32,000 nucleotides of DNA from Candidatus Lokiarchaeum ossiferum (GTDB lineage: Archaea; Asgardarchaeota; Lokiarchaeia; Sigyniarchaeales; Promethearchaeaceae). Below the pieces are notes generated by a model. That model made no database searches, was not told the DNA's origin, and worked only from the letters and a program-made list of their open reading frames with translations. A program made the translations under genes and the position numbers. Location of the stretch: assembly GCA_025839675.1 (NCBI GenBank), contig CP104013.1, positions 4,710,001 to 4,742,000 on the forward strand. The letters are read 5' to 3'. How positions within the stretch are numbered: the first letter of the stretch is position 1; every line of letters starts with the position of its first letter. Positions 25,492 through 32,000 of this stretch are shown piece after piece.

Positions 25492-25860
25492 TTAGTTAAG
25501 AAGTAAGTTCGCAGTTGCTCGATTTAAGGCAATAGGTACATTTTTGATCACACAGATTCGTATCAATGTTTGAATATCATGTTCATGTCCGTGTGGAGAC
25601 CTCGCATCTATAAAAAATATTACTTTATTCACTTTTTCTTCCAAAATTTTTGCCGCCAAGAGGATATCTCCTCCATCAGGTCCATGACCAAATCCATTAA
25701 CTTTCAATTCTAGTACATTATAGAGTAACTTTGCTGTGTGTTCAGTTCCAATTAATTCATATTTTTCCAAACACTCTTTTTTGCTTTTTGCCCATTCTAA
25801 GAGGTTATTCTTAGTTTTATCATGAGCTACTAACGCAATTGTTTTTTTTGTATTATTCAT
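25492..25860 (-). CDS. mgsA: methylglyoxal synthase-like protein
   Basis: IALVAHDKTK, GPDGGDILLAAKI, IFFID...PHGHEHDIQTLIRIC and VPIALNRATA parallel the MGS blocks (ALVAHD, GPxGGDQQ, FFxDP..PHxxDV, VPxAxN). I prefer the ATG at 25860 over the TTG at 25866. Confidence 0.7.
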   Translation of the reverse strand: MNNTKKTIALVAHDKTKNNLLEWAKSKKECLEKYELIGTEHTAKLLYNVLELKVNGFGHGPDGGDILLAAKILEEKVNKVIFFIDARSPHGHEHDIQTLIRICVIKNVPIALNRATANLLLN

Positions 25861-26151
25861 ACTCAAATTTAGTAAAGTTGCAAAAAAATTATTGTTTCTC
25901 CATCAGAATAATAAGGTATCTAACGGAAAAATTTGCATTTCACATATCTCCGCTTTCCTTAGTCTTTCTATAAAATAATATGACCTTTATCATTTTTCTT
26001 GATTTTAACAATTAAAGTAAAATTGTTATCCCTTAATTTCGCCCAAAATATAAATATGTTTTAATAGAGACAAGATCGGAAAAAAATATGAAATATAAGT
26101 TCAAAACAGAGTTTAATCCCTAAATCGAACCTTTTTTTATTCCATAAAAAA

Positions 26152-26736
26152 CTATAACGATAAACTTGTGTTATTCAGATTACAATTCAAAATTTTCAAA
26201 TTTTCTTGTTTCTTTATGAAAAAATGGGAATCCTGTTCTAAAGATTCAATTTTTCTAATCAAAGCTTCCTCAAATTCTGAAACTCCTTCCCCAGATCGTG
26301 CCGACATTTCAAAATATTCCATTTTGTGCTGATTACATATATCCAATACATCTTCCTTCGTAATACATTTTTTAACACTATCTATTTTATTTGCAATTAA
26401 AAATATATGGGCTGGAGGATCGTTTTTTGGAATCATAGAGATCCAAGATTTTATATCTTTGAGTGAATGAATCCATTCACAAGAATAAACAAAGATAACT
26501 ATTTTAGCTCCCTTTATATATGAGTCTTGAATAAAACGAAATCGCTCTTGTCCACCTAAATCCCATAATGCTGCAATACGTTTTTCATTTTTAGACTTTT
26601 TAAATTCATGTAGATCTATTCCCGGTGTCATTTTTGGAGGATTAAATTTATCCAATTTTTTAGCTAAGAGGTGGCATATGGTAGTCTTTCCGACTGCGCC
26701 ACTGCCTCCTACAACAATTTTGATCGGTTGTTTCAT
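26152..26736 (-). CDS. Ras/Rab-like small GTPase
   Basis: All five G motifs are canonical: G1 GGSGAVGKTT, G2 TPGID, G3 WDLGGQERF, G4 ANKID, G5 MSARSGEGV. There is no C-terminal prenylation box. Confidence 0.85.
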   Translation of the reverse strand: MKQPIKIVVGGSGAVGKTTICHLLAKKLDKFNPPKMTPGIDLHEFKKSKNEKRIAALWDLGGQERFRFIQDSYIKGAKIVIFVYSCEWIHSLKDIKSWISMIPKNDPPAHIFLIANKIDSVKKCITKEDVLDICNQHKMEYFEMSARSGEGVSEFEEALIRKIESLEQDSHFFIKKQENLKILNCNLNNTSLSL

Positions 26737-26779
26737 AATAATCAGTTTTTTAAGCTTAATTTGCTATCTCAATAAGAAA

Positions 26780-27121
26780 TTATCGTTGACAATATACATG
26801 TAATAGGTTTGAATTGTACAAAATGAAGGGTGTAATGAAAACTTGATTACCTTCAAGAAATTCAACGTGTCTACAATTTAGTTTATTATCTAAATATGCG
26901 ATCAGGGTATGAATCTCAATTTTCCCTTCACTATTATCTGCACAATGCATCAAAAAAATCGGAAAGGGGAAATTTTCAACATTTTCTACCATAGATTTAT
27001 TTATCTCAATCTTTTTTGTTTCGTTACACTTTTTGCAAGGTATTAAAACAGTTGTTGATTTTCCTTTCTTTTGATTTTTTAGAAAAGTTTCAATTTCTTC
27101 AACTTTATCTGATTCTAGCAT
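26780..27121 (-). CDS. hypothetical small Cys-containing protein (113 aa) immediately upstream of the Rab-like GTPase
   Basis: ATG-initiated ORF ending 43 nt upstream of the GTPase on the same strand. It contains a CKKC knuckle plus additional Cys and His residues. No family recognised. Confidence 0.5.
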   Translation of the reverse strand: MLESDKVEEIETFLKNQKKGKSTTVLIPCKKCNETKKIEINKSMVENVENFPFPIFLMHCADNSEGKIEIHTLIAYLDNKLNCRHVEFLEGNQVFITPFILYNSNLLHVYCQR

Positions 27122-27526
27122 TTAATTTCTTTAATTCGAACAGATCTAATTACAATTCTTATTATGGTTATTATGGTAACATTGGGAAAATTCAAAAATC
27201 AATAAAAATCCAAATTACAATGTGATCCATATGGACCAGCCATGAGCAGTATGATTCACAAGATCGGAAGTTAAAATTTTACCTAAATAATTTTTGTTAT
27301 ACTTATTTATAACTAATACATCAGAATCTGTTGGCTTCATTTGGAAGGTTCTTTTTTTTTTTATACCATATGAAGAATGGGGGACAATTCAGTTATTATT
27401 ATGGATCTATAGACTTGTAAAACTATCTATAGGGTGCAGATATTAATTCGATCTTGCATAGGTTATAATATTTACCATATTGGTGGCGTTAATCTGATTT
27501 GTAAGATAATAACATATTAGAGAACT

Positions 27527-29377
27527 ATGAAACGAAAAAACATAGTATTCATGACCACATTAATGTTGGTTTTAATGATGGTAGGAAGTATCGATACAGG
27601 ACGTGCTCAAACCACTCCACTCATCTCCGATACACAAAGTTTGGTTGTTGATGGTAGTACGACTGTTCAACCCATTGCTTCCAAAGCCGCTGAAGTATTT
27701 ATGACCTATTTTCCAGGTTATACAATTACTGTGAAAGGTACAGGTTCTGGAACAGGTATTGCTTCATTAATTGCTGGAACATGTGATATTGCAATGGCAT
27801 CTCGTAGCATCAAATCTTCTGAAATCACAAGTTTAGAGACCGCAGGTGGTTCAAGTGTTGAACATGTCCTTGCAGCGGATGGAATTGGAATCATTGTCCA
27901 CCCTGACAATCCTTTAACTGGATTAACCATGGATGAACTTCATGATATTTTCAATGGTTCCATTTCCAATTGGAATGAAGTAGGAGATGGAAGCCATTCA
28001 GGAGAAATCACCGTTGTCAACCGAGAAACTACTTCTGGAACTTATGGATTCTTCAAAGACACAGTCCTTGATGATGATACTTTCCGAGAAGATGCTCAAA
28101 TTGTTGAGAAAAATTCCAATGGTGCCGTTCATGATGCTGTTGCATCGATACCTTCTGCAATTGGGTATGTTGGTTTAGGATACATTGATGAAGATGTTCA
28201 AAATATGGAATTAGATGGTGTTGCTGCCAGTACAGCGACAGTTGCAGATGAAACTTATTCAATTGCACGAAATTTATATTTCTATACCAATGGCACCCCT
28301 GCAGAAGATAGCTTCGCAGCATTATTTATTCAGTTCATTATGAGCCCTATTGGACAAGCTATTGTAGAAGGTGAAAAATTTGTTCCTGTAGCAGAAGTTG
28401 GATTAATTCCTGGAAATGGATTCTCTGGGTCAATTGTTGTTGATGGTAGCACTACTGTCCAGCCAATCGTATCTAAATCAGCTGAAATTTTCATGGGTAT
28501 GTATGACGGATTTACAATTACCGTGAAAGGTACAGGCTCTGGAACAGGTATCGCTTCATTAATTGCTGGAACATGTGATATTGCTATGGCATCTCGTAGC
28601 ATTAAATCTTCTGAAATCACGAGTTTAGAAACCGCAGGTGGTTCAAGTGTTGAACACATCCTTGCAGCTGATGGGATTGGAATCATTGTCCACCCTGACA
28701 ATCCTTTAACTGGATTAACCATGGATGAACTTCATGATATTTTCAATGGTTCCATTTCCAATTGGAATGAAGTAGGAGATGGAAGCCATTCTGGAGAAAT
28801 AACCGTTGTTAATCGAGAAACTACTTCTGGAACCTATGGGTTCTTCAAAGACACAGTCCTTGAAGATGATACCTTCAGAGAAGATGCTCAAATTGTTGAG
28901 AAAAATTCTAATGGAGCCGTTCATGATGCTGTTGCCTCCATACCTTCTGCAATTGGATATGTTGGTTTAGGATACATTGATGATGATGTTCAAAATATGG
29001 AATTAGATGGAGTTGCTGCCAGTTCAGCGACAGTAGCAGATGAAACTTATTCAATTGCTCGAAATTTATATTTCTATACTAATGGCACCCCTGCGGAAGA
29101 TAGCCTCGCAGCATTATTTATTCAGTTTATTATGAGTCCTATTGGACAAGCTATTGTAGAAGGTGAAAAATTTGTTGCTGTTGCAGAAGTTGGATTAATT
29201 CCAACAATCCCAGAAGAAGGCACTACTACTACTAAGACTGATACAGAAACTGATACAGATACAGGATTAGAAACAATTGATGTAAGTAATATTCCAGGGT
29301 TCACACCATACTTCTTAGTTGCAATTGCCAGCATTACTGTTGGCGGATTAATGTTTAGAAAACGGTCTCTGAAATAA
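27527..29377 (+). CDS. pstS: phosphate-binding protein PstS, internally duplicated (two complete PBP domains), with signal peptide, Thr-rich linker and PGF-CTERM-like anchor
   Basis: The N-terminus is a signal-like MKRKNIVFMTTLMLVLMMVG. GSTTVQPI...GTGSGTGI...VNRETTSGTYGFF occurs twice. The tail is TTTTKTDTETDTDTG...IPGFTPYFLVAIASITVGGLMFRKRSLK. pstCA and pstB follow. Confidence 0.9.
   Translation: MKRKNIVFMTTLMLVLMMVGSIDTGRAQTTPLISDTQSLVVDGSTTVQPIASKAAEVFMTYFPGYTITVKGTGSGTGIASLIAGTCDIAMASRSIKSSEITSLETAGGSSVEHVLAADGIGIIVHPDNPLTGLTMDELHDIFNGSISNWNEVGDGSHSGEITVVNRETTSGTYGFFKDTVLDDDTFREDAQIVEKNSNGAVHDAVASIPSAIGYVGLGYIDEDVQNMELDGVAASTATVADETYSIARNLYFYTNGTPAEDSFAALFIQFIMSPIGQAIVEGEKFVPVAEVGLIPGNGFSGSIVVDGSTTVQPIVSKSAEIFMGMYDGFTITVKGTGSGTGIASLIAGTCDIAMASRSIKSSEITSLETAGGSSVEHILAADGIGIIVHPDNPLTGLTMDELHDIFNGSISNWNEVGDGSHSGEITVVNRETTSGTYGFFKDTVLEDDTFREDAQIVEKNSNGAVHDAVASIPSAIGYVGLGYIDDDVQNMELDGVAASSATVADETYSIARNLYFYTNGTPAEDSLAALFIQFIMSPIGQAIVEGEKFVAVAEVGLIPTIPEEGTTTTKTDTETDTDTGLETIDVSNIPGFTPYFLVAIASITVGGLMFRKRSLK
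27641..28410 (+). repeat. copy 1 of a 770-bp intragenic direct repeat (first PstS domain)
   Basis: Aligns colinearly with 28433..29202 at an offset of 792 nt (264 codons). It includes a 116-nt block (27884..27999) identical to 28676..28791. Confidence 0.9.
28433..29202 (+). repeat. copy 2 of the 770-bp intragenic direct repeat (second PstS domain)
   Basis: See copy 1. Divergence is concentrated in the first ~90 nt. The rest differs mostly at synonymous positions, judged by eye. Confidence 0.9.
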
Positions 29378-29425
29378 GATTTCTATTTTTTTTTAATTTT
29401 TAAACAAATCCTTTTGGGGAAAACA

Positions 29426-31591
29426 ATGTCAATCACAAAAATTCAAGGTCCAAAATCAACTATTCAAGATTTGGTTCCTAATCACACATTCTTAATGAAA
29501 AAAGAATTATTCATTGATAAAATCATAAAAAATATTCTCATCATTGCTGCTTTCTTTTCTACATTTGTTGTTTTTGCACAAATTATCTTTTTTTTTAACG
29601 AAGCTTCAGGAACATTTCAAGAAATTCCCGCATCTGAATTTATTTTTAGTACACGATGGAGAATCGATTTAGATACTGAGGCAAATACGAGTTATGGTTC
29701 AGTTCCTTTAATCTATGGATCATTAGCAACTACCTTACTTGCTATGTTAATTGCTGTTCCAGTAGGGGTTTCAACAGCAATATTTATATCCGAAATGGCA
29801 CCGACCAAAATTAAAGATTTTATCAAGGGTTCTGTAGAAGTTTTAGCTGGAATTCCATCTATAGTCTGGGGGTCTCTGGGAATGACAGTATTAAATCCAT
29901 TAATAATTAACTTATTTAATCGACCTATGGGTGATTCATGGTTATCTGGCTCCGTTATCCTTTCAATAATGGCCCTTCCAACAATCGTTAGCGTTTCGGA
30001 AGATGCAATAGAATCAGTTCCGATCTCATTTCGAGAAGCATCATTAGGAGTTGGAGCGAATAAATGGCATACTATTTCAAATGTAGTATTACCAAGTGCT
30101 TCTTCTGGAATAACAACTGCAATCATTTTAGGAATTGGAAGAGCTATTGGGGAAACTATGGCCATTTTGTTAATAACAGGTGCAAATCCGATTGTCCCGG
30201 ACCCTCTTAATAATATTTGGAGTCCAATTAGCACAATAACTGCAACCATCGCCAAAGAATTCCCAGAAACTGTTTTTAGAGGGACCCACTACAAATCTTT
30301 AATATCCTTGGCAATTATACTATTCATCATAGTTATAGTTATCAACACAACTGCAGAATTTATCCTATCAAGGATTCAACTCAAATTTAATCCAAAAACA
30401 CAAGTAAATTATGAACAAAAACTTAACGATATACAAAAAAATTGCAAAGTAGGGAAACAAACAGCTAAAAATAGGTGGGAAACGCAATTTGTTACATTAC
30501 AATGCAAATTTCAACTTTGGAAAGAACGAAATTCATTTCGATTTTCAAAAATAAAGCATTTTTGGAATAAATACAATAAATATCTTGGAATTTTAATCTT
30601 GACTCTTTTTGTATATGCAATGGCGATTAATTTCACCACTTGGTGGGGCGCTCTAATATTTATAATACTTATGGGTTTTTGTATCTATATATTTTCTGAT
30701 CGATTGAATATCAAATCAAAACAATCAGTTGCTTTTACACTTATTCGATTAACGGTTATTTTGGTTATCGCAGTATTATCATTTGTTGTGGGATATATTG
30801 TTTACCACGGTCTTCCATACATGACTCGAAGTTTTCTTCTAGAATTTCCAAGTGATATTGGGCGTGATGGAGGGATTTTACCGGCAATTATTGGAACTTT
30901 ACTTCTGACTGTTGGATCAGTAATTGTTGCGGTTCCATTAGGAGTATTAGCAGGAATTTATCTTTCAGAATATGCGAAGGACACACCTTTAACTCGTTTT
31001 ATTCGCACAGGAATTGATATTTTAAATGGTACGCCAAGTATAGTATTTGGATTATTCGGATGGGTTTTCTTTATTTACTTTATCGGAGTGAATTTCTATG
31101 AGCCGATGCGAAGACCTACATTACTAGCAGGAATCTTGACATTATCACTTATGATATTACCAACGATAATACGAACTACGGAAGAATCTGTGAAGTCAAT
31201 TCCACAAAATATTAGAGAAGGAAGTTATGCATTAGGTGCCACTAAATGGAAAACCATCAATAAAACCGTTATGAAACCTGCATCTCCAGGCATCATCACA
31301 GGAATTATCTTAAGTATGGGGAGATCTGCGGGTGAAACTGCTCCAATAATGTTCACTGCTGCTACATTAATTGTCTATGCCATGCCAGATACTTTCTTAG
31401 GGGTTTTGCTTAGCCCCACTATGTCGTTATCATACCATCTCTATGCATTAAGATCATTTATACCGGGACAAAGCCAAAGAGCAGATGCAACAACTTTTGT
31501 TCTTCTTATATTAGTGCTATTCCTTTATCTGATCGCTATGTTCATTCGTTCCAAAATTAAAAAACAAAATAAAACAAATTTCCACTATTAA
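29426..31591 (+). CDS. pstCA: fused phosphate ABC transporter permease PstC-PstA
   Basis: Two permease halves each carry an EAA-type loop: EASLGVGANKWHTISNVVLPSASSG in the PstC-like half and EGSYALGATKWKTINKTVMKPASPG in the PstA-like half. A basic cytoplasmic linker joins them at about residues 320-390. I prefer the ATG at 29426 over the TTG at 29414. Confidence 0.85.
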   Translation: MSITKIQGPKSTIQDLVPNHTFLMKKELFIDKIIKNILIIAAFFSTFVVFAQIIFFFNEASGTFQEIPASEFIFSTRWRIDLDTEANTSYGSVPLIYGSLATTLLAMLIAVPVGVSTAIFISEMAPTKIKDFIKGSVEVLAGIPSIVWGSLGMTVLNPLIINLFNRPMGDSWLSGSVILSIMALPTIVSVSEDAIESVPISFREASLGVGANKWHTISNVVLPSASSGITTAIILGIGRAIGETMAILLITGANPIVPDPLNNIWSPISTITATIAKEFPETVFRGTHYKSLISLAIILFIIVIVINTTAEFILSRIQLKFNPKTQVNYEQKLNDIQKNCKVGKQTAKNRWETQFVTLQCKFQLWKERNSFRFSKIKHFWNKYNKYLGILILTLFVYAMAINFTTWWGALIFIILMGFCIYIFSDRLNIKSKQSVAFTLIRLTVILVIAVLSFVVGYIVYHGLPYMTRSFLLEFPSDIGRDGGILPAIIGTLLLTVGSVIVAVPLGVLAGIYLSEYAKDTPLTRFIRTGIDILNGTPSIVFGLFGWVFFIYFIGVNFYEPMRRPTLLAGILTLSLMILPTIIRTTEESVKSIPQNIREGSYALGATKWKTINKTVMKPASPGIITGIILSMGRSAGETAPIMFTAATLIVYAMPDTFLGVLLSPTMSLSYHLYALRSFIPGQSQRADATTFVLLILVLFLYLIAMFIRSKIKKQNKTNFHY

Positions 31592-31635
31592 TTTTTTAAA
31601 TTTAAAAAAAAATATCATATAAACAAGTGATCTCT

Positions 31636-32000
31636 ATGAGTAAAGTCGATATTGAAACGCAAAATAATGATAAAAATCATTCTGATAATATTAAAGTAAG
31701 CGTTGAGACCAAGTTCTCGATTAAAGCTACTTCTGATAATGATTTAATATTCCGAACGGAGAATTTAGATCTATTTTATGGGGATAAACAAGCCCTCTCA
31801 GAAATTTCGTTTGAAATTCAAGAGAAAAAAGTTACAGCTCTAATCGGGCCATCTGGATGCGGAAAATCTACCCTTATTCGTTGTTTTAATCGAATGAATG
31901 ATGTTATTGACAGTTGTAAGATCAAAGGAAAAATTTTCTATCATGAAGAAGATATCTTTAGACCAAAACTGTCAGTTACGGATTTGCGCACTAATGTTGG
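31636..32000 (+). CDS. pstB: phosphate ABC transporter ATP-binding protein PstB (3'-truncated by the window end)
   Basis: [46 protein letters not shown] contains the Walker A motif and the PstB-typical context. It has a ~40-aa N-terminal extension. Confidence 0.9.
   Translation, partial: MSKVDIETQNNDKNHSDNIKVSVETKFSIKATSDNDLIFRTENLDLFYGDKQALSEISFEIQEKKVTALIGPSGCGKSTLIRCFNRMNDVIDSCKIKGKIFYHEEDIFRPKLSVTDLRTNV

Noticed and set aside
27718-28722. Two nearly identical minus-strand ORFs (27718..27930 and 28330..28722, both starting MVNPVKGLSGWTMIPIPSAAR)
   Set aside because: They are antisense shadows of the two copies of the pstS internal duplication. Their identity simply mirrors the plus-strand repeat. 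They are not a separate gene family or a mobile element.
27641-29202. Considered whether the 792-nt-period repeat could be a CRISPR-like or IS-related repeat
   Set aside because: There are only two copies, they are in frame within one CDS, and both encode a complete PstS domain. There are no short repeat-spacer units, terminal inverted repeats or transposase.

Overview
AT-rich (about one-third G+C by eye) archaeal chromosomal segment with about 30 protein genes on both strands. I found no rRNA, tRNA, CRISPR array or mobile element. The archaeal assignment rests on recognisable housekeeping genes: ribosomal proteins eL18, uL13 and uS9, RNA polymerase subunit D/Rpo3, a thermosome, serine hydroxymethyltransferase, a TrmI-type tRNA m1A methyltransferase, a YggS-type PLP protein and a DAHP synthase-chorismate mutase fusion. 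The 3' end carries a pst phosphate-uptake operon (pstS, fused pstCA, pstB). Two small Ras-superfamily GTPases and many E/K-rich coiled-coil proteins suggest an Asgard (Loki-like) archaeon; this is inference only. The top finding is the 488-aa protein at 16360..17826 (-). It consists of ten ~45-residue tandem repeats, each carrying a motif that closely resembles the eukaryotic WH2/beta-thymosin actin-monomer-binding motif (LLxxIxxGxxLKKV). That makes it a candidate archaeal multi-WH2 actin regulator. Other notable points: (1) TrmI fused to a second TrmI-like domain with a degenerate SAM motif, which parallels eukaryotic Trm61/Trm6. (2) Two GTPase-plus-unknown-partner modules; one GTPase has an MglA-like G3 motif without the aspartate. 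(3) A PstS that is an intragenic tandem duplication and ends in a PGF-CTERM-like anchor, followed by a fused PstC-PstA permease. (4) Three multi-TM proteins that each end in a C-terminal zinc ribbon. (5) A 59-aa ribbon-helix-helix gene below the ORF-track length cutoff. All functional calls come from reading motifs by eye. No database search was run.
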